Below, in pieces: positions 20,656 to 31,452 of a DNA stretch of 64,000 nucleotides. The notes under the pieces are model-generated. The model did no database searches. It was not told where the DNA came from and saw nothing but the letters and a program-made list of their open reading frames with translations. Both the position numbers and the translations under genes were made by a program. Source of the DNA: Nitrosopumilaceae archaeon. GTDB lineage: Archaea > Thermoproteota > Nitrososphaeria > Nitrososphaerales > Nitrosopumilaceae. The stretch spans positions 320,001-384,000 of the forward strand of contig CBDATR010000024.1 of the NCBI GenBank assembly GCA_965200155.1. Reading direction: 5' to 3'. Numbering within the stretch: position 1 is the stretch's first letter; each line of letters starts with the position of its first letter.

Positions 20656-21563
20656 CTCTATCCACCAAAGACCTACTAACATTGGAGGAGTTGAGTGCCT
20701 CTGAGTTCCGGGATATATTGGACCTTGCTATGAGGCTGAAGGCAGATTTGGTCTCAGGGAACAACCAAAGTTCACTAAAAAACAAAGTTTTGGTGATGTT
20801 CTTTCAAAAACCGTCCACTCGCACTCGTATCAGCTTTGAGGTAGGCATGTCTCAACTTGGTGGCCATGTGGTTAGCCTGTCATCTGATGAGATGCAGCTG
20901 TCTAGGGGCGAATCGTTGGCGGATACTGCACGCACTATATCCGGATATGCTGACTGTATAATGGGACGTGTATACGATCACAAGCAAATAGAGGAACTGG
21001 CTAGACATGCTAGCATTCCGGTGATAAATGGTCTGTCTGATGACTTTCACCCCTGTCAGACTCTCGCAGACTTTGCCGCTATACTGGAACAAAAAGGTAG
21101 ACTAAATGATATTCGAATCGCCTGGGTTGGTGACGGCAATAATGTCTGCAATTCCATGATATATGGGGCAGCTTTGTCTGAGGCAACAATGAGTATAGCC
21201 ACACCCAAAAGTCTGCGTCCACTAGATAGTATAGTGCAAAAGGCCCGTATGCATACTACCATAGATCTTGTAGAGGATCCTTATGCGGCGGTCAAAGACG
21301 CGGATGTGGTGGTAACTGACACGTTCAAGTCAATACATGATGCCACAGGTATACACCAAACAGAACTCTTTCCCAAATACCAGGTGAATGACAAACTAAT
21401 GTCACTTGCCAAACCTGATGCAATATTCATGCATTGCCTTCCTGCAACCCGCGGCAACGAGGTTACCGCATCGGTGATAGACGGACCACACTCTGTAGTG
21501 TGGGCTGAGGCAGAGTACCGCCTGTATACACAAAAGGCACTATTGTCTTTACTCTTGGCCTAG
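20652..21563 (+). CDS. argF: Ornithine carbamoyltransferase
   Basis: STRTR, HPCQ and HCLP motifs. Confidence 0.97.
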   Translation: MTLSTKDLLTLEELSASEFRDILDLAMRLKADLVSGNNQSSLKNKVLVMFFQKPSTRTRISFEVGMSQLGGHVVSLSSDEMQLSRGESLADTARTISGYADCIMGRVYDHKQIEELARHASIPVINGLSDDFHPCQTLADFAAILEQKGRLNDIRIAWVGDGNNVCNSMIYGAALSEATMSIATPKSLRPLDSIVQKARMHTTIDLVEDPYAAVKDADVVVTDTFKSIHDATGIHQTELFPKYQVNDKLMSLAKPDAIFMHCLPATRGNEVTASVIDGPHSVVWAEAEYRLYTQKALLSLLLA

Positions 21564-21667
21564 GACGTGTAGTCATGTGTGAGCAGACTTTGTCTTTCAA
21601 GTTCTGAGTTGGGAGATGCGTCACTCGTAAAAATGGTAGCCAAGTCTTGCTGCTTGCGTAACCGTTT

Positions 21668-22030
21668 GTAGCCGTTTAGGTCGCGTTAAAGATCACACAT
21701 CTAGACGGTGAATTCATGGGTATACAGCGAACACCATAATTCTGACATGTAAGACAGGGATTGTATGTGACAAATGTGGATTTGTTACACAAGGACTTAT
21801 GGTGGCTGCCACATGTGAGGTATCATGACTGAAAAGGCAGGAATGGGCATGTTAGCGGTATATTTTAAGCGGTTGCACAGGGGTGACCTAAACGGTTACG
21901 ATCCTCAAAGTATGTATCCACCTTGTGCAGGCTGCGATAGAATTACGGTACATCAAGGAACATGAAGAAAAATACGAACCAAATACGCCAAGCGTCGACT
22001 GTGCTTGGAGCGACATGAATGGTTACTATT
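21668..22030. mobile_element. Two abutting IS66-end MITE-like elements
   Basis: GTAGCCGTTTAGGTCGC...GTGACCTAAACGGTTAC (ends 21899), then a segment ending GACATGAATGGTTAC. Both are paralogous to 62599-62940. Confidence 0.7.
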
Positions 22031-22055
22031 CCCTTCCATTCTCAGTTTACATTGA

Positions 22056-22515
22056 ATGAGCGACAATCATAACACGATGACACAAGAAAGAGCCACAATT
22101 CTAGTCTCCGGAAAGGTTCAGGGGGTGGGACTCCGCAATAGTGTTAAAAATGTGGTGAAAGAAATTGGGCTGAAAGGTAGTGTGGAGAACCTTGAGGACG
22201 AATCCGTATTAATAATATGCGAGGGTGACAGTACATAGAGTCACTCATTGCTGCCATCAACAAATTGGAAGAACCTGTACAATAGATGATATGCAAGTGA
22301 AATATACTGCTGCCACTGGAGAATTCACCATATTCAAGATAATCTCGGGAGACATGCAATTAGAAATACTCAATGCAATGAATACCGGCGCTTCTCGGCT
22401 AAATATGCTAATTGACTACGCAAAGCATCACTCAAAGCAGAACGACACAATAATTGGGCAGAACATCCTTGCTCAAAAAGATCGGGATCGACTCCAAGAT
22501 CAACCACCGGTTTAA
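22056..22515 (+). pseudogene. Acylphosphatase-domain gene, frameshifted
   Basis: VSGKVQGVGLR...GSVENLED; frame switch near 22235. Confidence 0.75.
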
Positions 22516-22523
22516 TCATACTG

Positions 22524-22823
22524 GTAATCGTTTAGGTCACCTAAGTGTTTTTCCTAATATGCAACCAAGGCAGGGACTAAATCCTGTTATCTCACTGCGC
22601 TACATTTGCGAACACAACATACGTTAGGGCTGGCGGTGTCTATCACCCACCGCTTCGGGCTTGTGGTTACCGGATTTTGTGTCATGAAAGCAATTCGGGT
22701 ATGAGTTCACCTATGTCTAAATTTACGCATAACTGATAGAACCGGTTACCAGTTAATGTGATTTGTGCATAAGATTCCGGAAGACGTGAACTCATACCAA
22801 TTCGGAGTGACCTAAACGGTTAC
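22524..22823. mobile_element. MITE family B with a nested family-A MITE (22699-22797)
   Basis: B ends GTAATCGTTTAGGTCAC / GTGACCTAAACGGTTAC; nested A copy has perfect TSD CAATTCGG. Confidence 0.88.
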
Positions 22824-22874
22824 CGCTACTTTGGCGCTTACGTATATAAGTAAACACAGGCGTCATGTCAACAC

Positions 22875-23360
22875 ATGGCTTATTCAAGAATAATGCGGCG
22901 TCTACGGGAAGAAAAGACCAACTACAAAAAGCGGAAGACTATGCTTATGGGAAAGCGAAATTTTGTCACCGTAGTTATCTCCAATGAGAATACCCATGTG
23001 CAGGTTATACATCCAAGCATGAACGGGGATCGCGTTGTGGCGTCTGCCCATTCAGGACGGCTACTCCAAATTGGATGGAAGGGTTCTCGCAAGAGTATAC
23101 CGGCGGCGTACTTGACTGGCTACATGGCAGGTAAGAGGGCTATTCGTAGTGGCGCGATCAATGCCATACTATATACGGGTACTAGGAGGTACACCCAGCG
23201 TATGGCTGCCGCACTAAAAGGTATGATTGATGCAGGTCTCCAAATACCCGCGGATCCGGATACATTCCCACCTCAGGAACGTATACTAGGTGAGCATCTT
23301 ACAGTAAAGAATGATGTAACTGTATTCAAAACACAAATTGAGGGTGAGGCGTCCAAATAA
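22875..23360 (+). CDS. rpl18: 50S ribosomal protein uL18
   Basis: RRLREEKTNYKKR...SIPAAYLTG. Confidence 0.96.
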   Translation: MAYSRIMRRLREEKTNYKKRKTMLMGKRNFVTVVISNENTHVQVIHPSMNGDRVVASAHSGRLLQIGWKGSRKSIPAAYLTGYMAGKRAIRSGAINAILYTGTRRYTQRMAAALKGMIDAGLQIPADPDTFPPQERILGEHLTVKNDVTVFKTQIEGEASK

Positions 23361-23980
23361 TGAACCGACAAGGCAATCGTAAGGATGCAGATGAGGTATG
23401 GATTCCCAAGACCAAGCTTGGCAGGCAGGTTAACTCCGGTGGTATAACAAAACTTGAGGCTATAATAGAGCAGGGGCTACGGGTGCAGGAGGCTGGCATA
23501 ATCAAGAAGTTACTACCCGATCTAAAGGCTGAGGTCATAGATGTGGGTATAATACAAAAAATGACATCCAACGGACAGTCTACCCGTTTCAAGGCTATAG
23601 TGGCCGCCGGAAACGGAAACGGCTATCTGGGCGTTGGCCAGGGTAAGTCCAAACAGATGCGCATAGCCATAGAGAAAGCCACCAATCAGGCTTACCTTAA
23701 TGTTAGTCCAGTCAAGTTGGGTTGTGGCAGCTGGGAATGCAGGTGTGATCAGAAACACTCTGTTCCCTTCAAGATACGAGGTAAGGGTGGCAGCGTTACA
23801 ATAGAGATACTTCCTGCTCCGCGTGGGTTGGGCCTTGTGGCCGGGGGAAAGATAAAACAGCTACTGGAGATGGCCGGATTAAAGGATGCATGGACAAAGG
23901 CCACCGGTTCTACAGCAACCATGAATTCCACATCCAAAGCTATTCTGAATTGTCTGAGGCAGACCTTCAGTCAAGGGTGA
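23360..23980 (+). CDS. rps5: 30S ribosomal protein uS5
   Basis: WIPKTKLG, GCGSWEC and PAPRGLGLVAG motifs. Confidence 0.97.
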   Translation: MNRQGNRKDADEVWIPKTKLGRQVNSGGITKLEAIIEQGLRVQEAGIIKKLLPDLKAEVIDVGIIQKMTSNGQSTRFKAIVAAGNGNGYLGVGQGKSKQMRIAIEKATNQAYLNVSPVKLGCGSWECRCDQKHSVPFKIRGKGGSVTIEILPAPRGLGLVAGGKIKQLLEMAGLKDAWTKATGSTATMNSTSKAILNCLRQTFSQG

Positions 23981-23989
23981 GATGACGCA

Positions 23990-24457
23990 ATGACTGGGGC
24001 ATATTTGGTAGTACGTGTAAAAGGCCAGGCCGATGTGCCGCATTGGGCACAAACCACTATGCGACTACTAAAGCTGGAGAAGAAGCATCGCGCTACCATA
24101 ATCCCTGCAACCGATACTGCCGCAGGAATGCTCAAGAAGATACAGACCTTTGTATCTTGGACTGATGCACAACCCGCTATAGTGCAGGAGCTTTTGCAAA
24201 AGAAGGCTCGCAAGTCAGGATACAAGAAGGTAGATGCATCGGATCTGCCGGAGATGGGGTATGATAGCATGGAATCCTTGGCTGCCTCACTATCTGATGG
24301 CAAGATATCGCTCTCTAAAGTACCTCTGCTTAAGCCATGGTTTGCACTCTCGCCACCCCGCTCAGGATACAAGAGGAGTACAAAGAGGCTGGCTGGACAG
24401 AGGGGTGTTCTTGGTAAATATGACGGGCTATCTGACATGGTACGGAGGATGGTATAG
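23990..24457 (+). CDS. rpl30: 50S ribosomal protein uL30
   Basis: YLVVRVKG...FALSPPRSG; operon order. Confidence 0.95.
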   Translation: MTGAYLVVRVKGQADVPHWAQTTMRLLKLEKKHRATIIPATDTAAGMLKKIQTFVSWTDAQPAIVQELLQKKARKSGYKKVDASDLPEMGYDSMESLAASLSDGKISLSKVPLLKPWFALSPPRSGYKRSTKRLAGQRGVLGKYDGLSDMVRRMV

Positions 24458-24882
24458 TGGCCACCCGACTGCGTAAGACACGAAAGTACAGAGGATCTAG
24501 GAACCATGGATGGGGACAGGTGGGCCAACACCGTGCCAGCGGTCACAAGGGCGGACTGGGCGTATCCGGCCAGTTAAAACACCATTATTCCTCCATGCTC
24601 ATGAACGAGCCGGACCACTTTGGGCATTCCTCTACCAGGCCACCAGTGCCAAACGTAACCAAGAAGTGGGCTAGTGTGCGCGATTTAGCTGATCTATATG
24701 CGAAGTATGGTTCTCGGGACGGAGAGAAGAATGTAATCAACCTCTTCGCGTTAGGATACCAAAAACTGCTGGGTGGAGGTACCGTCTCCATGCCATATAC
24801 GGTGATAATACCCGCCAGTACAAAGTCCGCGACTGAAAAAGTGCGCGGCGCCGGTGGCGAGGTGCAGTCCAGCAATGGTTAA
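24457..24882 (+). CDS. rpl15: 50S ribosomal protein uL15
   Basis: RKYRGSRNHGWGQVGQHR. Confidence 0.96.
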   Translation: MATRLRKTRKYRGSRNHGWGQVGQHRASGHKGGLGVSGQLKHHYSSMLMNEPDHFGHSSTRPPVPNVTKKWASVRDLADLYAKYGSRDGEKNVINLFALGYQKLLGGGTVSMPYTVIIPASTKSATEKVRGAGGEVQSSNG

Positions 24883-26305
24883 GGGAAGCGCTACCGATCT
24901 AATACGCAGGATCGTCTTCCGCGCAGAACCCTATCTACCTCAGGTACCAAAACCCAAGAAGAAGCTCACGTTACAGAAACGTCTCCTGTGGAGCGGCGTT
25001 GCCTTACTCATATACATGGTAATGGGTCAGACTCCGCTCTTTGGCACATTCACTCCAGAATTGGACTTCTTTGCATTTGCCCGAGTCATATTTGCCTCGC
25101 AGCAGGGTACACTGGTGGAGCTGGGCATAGCCCCCATAGTAACTGCCGGTCTGCTTATGCAACTCTTGCGTGGCTCTGAAATACTCAAATTTGATTTTAA
25201 GAATCCCAAAGAACGCGGAGTCTTCCAGACTGCTACCAAGCTGGTTACCTATATTATCATCGTCGCCGAGTCAACCATATACAGTATCGCGGTGTATGGT
25301 GACGGGGTAGCAGATCCATCCCACCTATACGTGATGATGGGCCAGCTTATGGCCGCCTCTATACTGATCATGTTCCTGGATGAGATGATACAGAAAGGCT
25401 GGGGATTGGGTAGCGGTATAAGCTTGTTCATCATGGCTGGTGTTACCCAACAAATACTGTGGAGTATATTTAGTCCGCTTCCTGCCAATGATGGTGGCTC
25501 CATCGGCATAATCCCATTCCTGTTCCAGTCTGCCATGGCAGGGGATCTCTCTAATGTATTCTTCAGGGCAAACCAGCTGCCCAGCATATTTGGGTTGCTT
25601 TTAACAGCGGGCATATTACTTATACTTGTCTTCACGCAGGGCATGAAGATAGAGATACCCATAGTCTCTACGCGGTACCGTGGTTTCTCTGCTGTATATC
25701 CCATAAAGATGATGTATGTGTCCAATATACCAGTAATACTGGCCTCGGCACTGACTGCCAACGTGGTATTCATAGGTCAGCTGCTTTGGTCGAATGTAAA
25801 TCCGCGCAATACAGATGTCTTTTGGAACGTCTTGGCGCAGTTTGATCCAACAAATCCATCATCCCCTGTGGGTGGCATAATCTATTACGTGACTCCGCCC
25901 CGTGGCCTGGATGTCGCGGCGCAGGATCCTACCCGGGCCGTAGGGTATGTTCTATTCATGATAGGTATTGTAGTCCTCTTTGGCCGCCTGTGGGTAGAGC
26001 TGGGTGGACTCTCGCCCAAGAGCGCAGCGCAGAACCTGCTGGACGCGGACGTGCAGGTGCCTGGATTTAGACGATCCAATAAGCCTGTGGAATCGCTCCT
26101 GAACAAGTACATCCCGTCGGTCACAATAATCGGCTCCATGATATTGGGTCTGTTAGCTGGCGTGTCTGATGTACTAGGCGTGTTTGGTACGGGTATAGGA
26201 GTTTTGCTTATGGTAGACATACTGATCAATTACTACACTCAGCTTGTACGAGAGCAGGTCGAGGTAGTGATGCCGCGGTTGGGTGCGTTGCTTGGCAGGC
26301 GCTAA
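24875..26305 (+). CDS. secY: Preprotein translocase SecY
   Basis: LVELGIAPIVTAG, GLGSGISLFI, QVPGFR. Confidence 0.98.
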   Translation: MVKGSATDLIRRIVFRAEPYLPQVPKPKKKLTLQKRLLWSGVALLIYMVMGQTPLFGTFTPELDFFAFARVIFASQQGTLVELGIAPIVTAGLLMQLLRGSEILKFDFKNPKERGVFQTATKLVTYIIIVAESTIYSIAVYGDGVADPSHLYVMMGQLMAASILIMFLDEMIQKGWGLGSGISLFIMAGVTQQILWSIFSPLPANDGGSIGIIPFLFQSAMAGDLSNVFFRANQLPSIFGLLLTAGILLILVFTQGMKIEIPIVSTRYRGFSAVYPIKMMYVSNIPVILASALTANVVFIGQLLWSNVNPRNTDVFWNVLAQFDPTNPSSPVGGIIYYVTPPRGLDVAAQDPTRAVGYVLFMIGIVVLFGRLWVELGGLSPKSAAQNLLDADVQVPGFRRSNKPVESLLNKYIPSVTIIGSMILGLLAGVSDVLGVFGTGIGVLLMVDILINYYTQLVREQVEVVMPRLGALLGRR

Positions 26306-26879
26306 GCGTGTTATTGTAGTGGGCATACCTGGTGTGGGCAAGACTACACTTCTTAGATCCGTGGTGGATAGGATGCGCACCAGTGGTCAAAATGTATCCG
26401 CGTGTAGTTTTGGCACCGTAATGCTAGATGAGGCCAAGAAGAGTGGTATAACTGATAGGGATATGCTCCGGAACTTGCCTACTCCAGAACAGATACGACT
26501 GCAAAAGAGTGCTGCCCAGTACATAACCCGCCAACAGGGGGATGTGATTATAATCGATACACACGCGTTTGTAAGCACGCGCTCCGGTTACTATCCGGGA
26601 TTGCCTGAGCGCGTAATACGTATACTGGAACCGGCCGGATATGTATTATTATCGGCCAAACCCGAGGAGATATACAACAGGCGTATGAACGATCCTACAC
26701 GGCAGCGTGATCACATCCACATATTAGATATAAAGCAAGAACTATCTCTACAAGTAGCCATGGTTGCCGCGTGCTCAGTAGTGTCTGGTGCCCCTCTCAA
26801 GGCGGTAATGAACCGTCAGGACAAGATGGAAGATGCAGTAGATGAGATGATATCTGTGATAGGAGCGATGGATAAATGA
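26283..26879 (+). CDS. adkA: Archaeal adenylate kinase
   Basis: GIPGVGKTT, IDTH and GYYPGLP motifs. Confidence 0.93.
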   Translation: MRCLAGAKRVIVVGIPGVGKTTLLRSVVDRMRTSGQNVSACSFGTVMLDEAKKSGITDRDMLRNLPTPEQIRLQKSAAQYITRQQGDVIIIDTHAFVSTRSGYYPGLPERVIRILEPAGYVLLSAKPEEIYNRRMNDPTRQRDHIHILDIKQELSLQVAMVAACSVVSGAPLKAVMNRQDKMEDAVDEMISVIGAMDK

Positions 26880-27508
26880 ATGCCATACTACTGTACCTAG
26901 AGGCAATATTCTTGCAGGAAGATGGTGGCTTTATGGATTTCTTGGGCGGAGATCGTGGCGCGCTGGGTAGCGATGATCCCGTCATAGCCGGTGTTATAGC
27001 GGCTGCCTTTGCGGTATCCGGTTTTGGTATACTGTTGAATCTAATGAATGCTGCCATACGCAAAAAGATGGTAGACCAGGTAAAGTGGCGCCGCATAATG
27101 AAGGAGACAAGAGCATTCCAGAAGGAGCGAATGTCTGCCTATCGTTCCAAGGATCAGGCCAAGATAGATAGCCTTAACAAAAAATCCGCATACATGAACA
27201 AGCTCTCCATGGAGCTGATGCAAATGAACCTGCGTCCCATGATGATCACATTTGTCCCCCTGATACTGATATTCTACTTTGTACTGCCGTACCTCTTCTC
27301 GTATACGGTGGCAATATCTCCCATACCCCTTAATGTCATACCCGGCGACATCTTTGCGCTTACATGTACCGCAGAGCAAGCGGCAGATCCGGATCATGTA
27401 TGTGAAACGGAGAATACAATCTTTCTTTGGGCGTGGTACTTTTTGTCTTCCATAGCGTTTAGCGGAATGATAATGAAACTCACCAAGACAAGTATGGATC
27501 TCACTTGA
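26876..27508 (+). CDS. DUF106/EMC3-TMCO1 (Oxa1 superfamily) membrane protein
   Basis: RPMMITFVP and WYFLSS motifs; canonical position after adk. Confidence 0.88.
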   Translation: MNAILLYLEAIFLQEDGGFMDFLGGDRGALGSDDPVIAGVIAAAFAVSGFGILLNLMNAAIRKKMVDQVKWRRIMKETRAFQKERMSAYRSKDQAKIDSLNKKSAYMNKLSMELMQMNLRPMMITFVPLILIFYFVLPYLFSYTVAISPIPLNVIPGDIFALTCTAEQAADPDHVCETENTIFLWAWYFLSSIAFSGMIMKLTKTSMDLT

Positions 27509-28065
27509 CTCAATCAATAGTGTTATCCGGGCCCCCTGCCGTGGGTAAATCCACTGTGGCGCAACATCTGGCCTCACACTATAACATGGAGTGGATAAGC
27601 GGTGGTGATGTACTAAAGGATATGGCCAGGGAGCGCGGCTTTGATCCCTCTGGTAAAGATTGGTGGGACACGCCCAAGGGCATGGAATTTCTGGCAATGC
27701 GCGAAGAAAACTTTGAGTTTGACAGAAGCATGGATAAGCGTCTCTTGGAGATATGTGAGCGCGGTGGTGTCATAATCACCAGTTACACCTTGCCTTGGCT
27801 TACCGAAAAAGTGGTACGAGTGTGGCTGGAATGCTCCCTGGCTGTCAGCGCCCGTCGTATGCAGAGGCGAGACGGCGTCGATTCCAAAAGTGCATATGTT
27901 ATCACCGAGAATAGGTATAGGCGCAACATTCAGTTATACAGACGACATTATGGGTTTGATTTTGGTAGGGATGACTTGGTATTTGATGTGGTGGTGAATA
28001 CCGATGACAAGGATATTGGGCAGGTGCTAGATGCAGTTATTCAGAACCTAGATGTGTTGCTATGA
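27505..28065 (+). CDS. cmk: Cytidylate kinase
   Basis: SGPPAVGKST P-loop; operon position. Confidence 0.9.
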   Translation: MTQSIVLSGPPAVGKSTVAQHLASHYNMEWISGGDVLKDMARERGFDPSGKDWWDTPKGMEFLAMREENFEFDRSMDKRLLEICERGGVIITSYTLPWLTEKVVRVWLECSLAVSARRMQRRDGVDSKSAYVITENRYRRNIQLYRRHYGFDFGRDDLVFDVVVNTDDKDIGQVLDAVIQNLDVLL

Positions 28066-29057
28066 CACTACCCCAGCTGGAGAACCTCGTGCTGATTGAC
28101 CGGGACGAGACGGATCCTCAGTATGGTGTCGCGTATGATGCGCGCAGTATGGAGCAGCTGTTGAACTATGGCCTTATTATCCTAGATAAACCGCCCGGTC
28201 CCACTAGCCACGAGACTGTTGCCTGGGCCAAGCGTATACTTGGCCTGGGCAAGATAGGTCACAGCGGTACACTGGATCCCCAAGTCTCCGGCGTTCTCCC
28301 ACTGGGGCTGGGTGAGGCCACAAAAGCTCTGGGTGTCTTACTGGAGGGTCCCAAAGAGTATCATGCCATATGCAGGTTTCATGCAATGCCAAAACCACAA
28401 CAGTTGCGCTCACTACTGGATGAGTTTCATGGACCCATATACCAGCGTCCTCCCCAGCGTTCCAGCGTCAAGCGTCGCACAAGAACCAGAACCATACACA
28501 AGATTGAGCTTTTGGAGCAGAAGGCAGAGCTGGCCCTTATGAGGGTGGTCTGCGAGTCCGGGACATATATCCGCAAGCTGCTGTATGATATGGGGGAGAT
28601 ACTGGGTCCGGGCGCTACCATGATAGAGCTGCGCCGCACCAGGGTACACCAGTTCGCCGAGGCTGGTGGACTTGTGACACTGCACCATCTTGTTGACGCA
28701 TATGCCACATGGAAAGAGTCCGGCGATACCACCCTTCTGTCTTCCATGGTATTACCCGTGGAGGCAGCCATGAGTCAGGTAAAATCGGTGGTAATACGAG
28801 ATTCCGCGGTAGATGCCATATGTCATGGTGCTCAACTTGCAGTTCCCGGTGTACTACAGATATCGCCAGATATGGCTACTGGTGATACTGTTGCAGTATA
28901 TACGCAGAAGGGGGAGGTTGTGTCCCTTGCCAGCTGTGTGATGGATGAGGCCCAGATTAAAGAGTCCAAGAAGGGTTGTGCCTTTGAGACCAAGCGTATC
29001 ATAATGGCGCCCGGCACCTATCCGCGACGTTGGCGCACTCGGGGCAGGCATGAATAG
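28062..29057 (+). CDS. cbf5: H/ACA pseudouridine synthase Cbf5
   Basis: DKPPGPTSH, GHSGTLDP and PUA domain. Confidence 0.96.
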   Translation: MTLPQLENLVLIDRDETDPQYGVAYDARSMEQLLNYGLIILDKPPGPTSHETVAWAKRILGLGKIGHSGTLDPQVSGVLPLGLGEATKALGVLLEGPKEYHAICRFHAMPKPQQLRSLLDEFHGPIYQRPPQRSSVKRRTRTRTIHKIELLEQKAELALMRVVCESGTYIRKLLYDMGEILGPGATMIELRRTRVHQFAEAGGLVTLHHLVDAYATWKESGDTTLLSSMVLPVEAAMSQVKSVVIRDSAVDAICHGAQLAVPGVLQISPDMATGDTVAVYTQKGEVVSLASCVMDEAQIKESKKGCAFETKRIIMAPGTYPRRWRTRGRHE

Positions 29058-29489
29058 TTGTCGCGACAGTTATTGGTAGTATTCATGGCGGTCGGGGCTA
29101 CATCCGGCCTGGCTGTGGGGTTATTGCTGCTGAGCACTGATGATGGGGACCTAGACTACAAGAGTGGTCTCTCGGTAGGCGTGATTACGGACAAAAAAGA
29201 GTATGTCCGAGGCGAGACTGTGCATGTCAGTATAGTGAATACTGGTACCGTGACACTACCCGGTGGTCCTTGGGATTTGGAGGTAACCGGCTTGTCTGGT
29301 ATGCGCATGTATCACACCACTCATGAGGGCATCTCTGATGTATTGGTTACCGGCGATTCAGTTAGCGTGGTCTGGAATCAGACCAAGACTGACGGACAAA
29401 CTATTCTGGATGGCTTGTATCGCATATCCGTACAAGGTCCGTCCGAAGCCCATATACGCGACTCTACCATAATTACAATACAGAAATGA
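29058..29489 (+). CDS. Membrane-anchored Ig-like hypothetical protein
   Basis: N-terminal TM helix; TDKKEY..GE, WNQ and GLY beta-sandwich motifs. Confidence 0.7.
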   Translation: MSRQLLVVFMAVGATSGLAVGLLLLSTDDGDLDYKSGLSVGVITDKKEYVRGETVHVSIVNTGTVTLPGGPWDLEVTGLSGMRMYHTTHEGISDVLVTGDSVSVVWNQTKTDGQTILDGLYRISVQGPSEAHIRDSTIITIQK

Positions 29490-29492
29490 TAG

Positions 29493-29593
29493 TGGCGCCG
29501 GGAGGGAGATTTGAACTCCCGTTCCCTTGCGAGAACGCGCTTTATGGTCCTTGATTTCCAGGCGCGCGCCCTACCAGGCTAGGCGACCCCGGC
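29493..29593 (-). tRNA. tRNA-Ser(GGA) with ~14-nt canonical intron and encoded CCA
   Basis: GCCGGGG...CGCGC CT GGA A[intron]A GCGCG, long variable arm, GGGAGTTCAAATCTCCC. Confidence 0.93.
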
Positions 29594-29827
29594 ACACTGT
29601 TGAATATCAGTGCTGACTAATTAACTGATTCGCTAGATTTTTGGGAATTATATATGAGTTACATTATTCATGGGAACCGGTTACTGGAATGAGGTGCATA
29701 GAATCATCACTCCCAATAATGACACTGATATACAACAAGTTTGGTGTGCAGACTTGTGTGTTCTTTAGCCGTTCTCACACACAAAGTGATTCTGTGCATA
29801 AGATCTAATATACTGCCCAAGAATATT

Positions 29828-30709
29828 ATGATGTTGAAATCTTTGTTATTCAATAAAAGGCCACAGGTATTCGAGGTCTCCAACGGCAGGAATCCTTATC
29901 ATCTTATACCATACATAGGCAACAAGTCTGGTTTTTGCCATATCTTTGATGTACTGATACCAGATTCTATTAGAAACCACCGGATATATGATATCTTTGG
30001 TGGTGGTGGCTCATTCTCCATATACTGCTCATATCGCTTTGGTTCAAAAAATGTCACATACAACGATAACAATCCAGTCATAGCCAATTTCATACGATGT
30101 GTAAGGGATGACCCTTCCGGGTTGCACCGGCAGTATCTCATGCATAAACAAAAATCAGGCAATGAATACTATCTTGATACACGAGACAAATCTCTAGACG
30201 TCGGTCTTGTGGGCGCTGGCCGGTTCCTGTATCTGGCCAAGAATGCATTCTCAGGTAAGATAAGGTTCAACCGTTCCAACAAGTTCAACACACCCATGAG
30301 AAAGGACAGTCGGTGCCCGGATATGGATCTTGAGCACCTACGACGAACCAGCGATATAATAAAGGACATGACAATTACGAACGAATCCTACGAGTTCTAT
30401 GATGATACACGGGAATCATTTGTGTACCTTGATCCACCATACATGAATAATACAAACAACCATTACAACGGGGTGCCGGAGACGGACAAGTTTATAGAAT
30501 TTGTGAAGAAGATAGAATGGGATAATTATATTATGATTTCAGAGCAGAATGATCCGTCTGCCTTGAAACTGTCTGATGATTTCAGAGTCTATCCCATACT
30601 GCTGAAACGATCACTACAATATAATACACAAAATAGCAGCCAAGAGATCATAGCGATAAACTACATTTCGACACTGTTGGAATCTACTGATGGCAAGCAT
30701 AGCCATTAG
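29828..30709 (+). CDS. D12-class DNA N6-adenine methyltransferase
   Basis: PYIGNK, DIFGGGGS, FNTP and YLDPPY motifs. Confidence 0.9.
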   Translation: MMLKSLLFNKRPQVFEVSNGRNPYHLIPYIGNKSGFCHIFDVLIPDSIRNHRIYDIFGGGGSFSIYCSYRFGSKNVTYNDNNPVIANFIRCVRDDPSGLHRQYLMHKQKSGNEYYLDTRDKSLDVGLVGAGRFLYLAKNAFSGKIRFNRSNKFNTPMRKDSRCPDMDLEHLRRTSDIIKDMTITNESYEFYDDTRESFVYLDPPYMNNTNNHYNGVPETDKFIEFVKKIEWDNYIMISEQNDPSALKLSDDFRVYPILLKRSLQYNTQNSSQEIIAINYISTLLESTDGKHSH

Positions 30710-31452
30710 TGGATTTCAAAACGAGGACTGGGTAGTGTCAGAATTCAACAACTACCTTTGTAGCTATTGGGCAAAGCGTTGGCTAAAAACCATGGGATAC
30801 AATAAGATCGAACATCTATGCTCACAAACAACCAGAAAAATGGGTTATTTCAACAAGGCAGATGTCTTGGTTCTAGGTAGAATGGATCTCGGTTAAAAAA
30901 TTCTCGATTAGTTTCAACCAGATTGATAAGAAGTGGGTTGATGCATATGCGAAACAGTGGAACATGTCACAAGAAGTTAAAAATATTTTCAAAAGATATT
31001 GTGGGGAAGTAGGGCATAGGCCAAGAGACTTGCTTAATGAACGTCAGTTGAGAGAAATCTCTGACAAGAGGCGTTTTAAAATGAATGAATTGTCTGAGGC
31101 ATATCAGGAACAAATGTTAAATTTTTTAAACAAGAACCGGAAGAAGATTGTTAAGGATGTTATAAGTGGAAGCGGAAAGGCATCGGCCAAATGGATGCTT
31201 TTGGTAGAGGAAAAAGATGGTAGTCCGCAAAGATCTGTACTTTTACCGATTAAGATGGTTATAGAGCATTGCAACGGTAGAGCATCGATCACGGAACGAG
31301 GAAATTTAAAACTAGGTGAGATTACCATACAGAGGAAGGGTGGAGATGCAGGTAAGGATACATCTCAGATGCTGCAATTTAAATTCTCACCTAGAAGACT
31401 TTTCGATATTCAGGGTATAGATGTTATTGAGCGATGTAAGAAAATTCCGTGA
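30690..31452 (+). pseudogene. HinP1I-like type II restriction endonuclease, frameshifted near 30885
   Basis: GFQNE, KADV, then in a shifted frame ISVKK..FNQIDKKW...ITIQRKGGDAGKDTSQMLQFKFSP. Confidence 0.75.
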
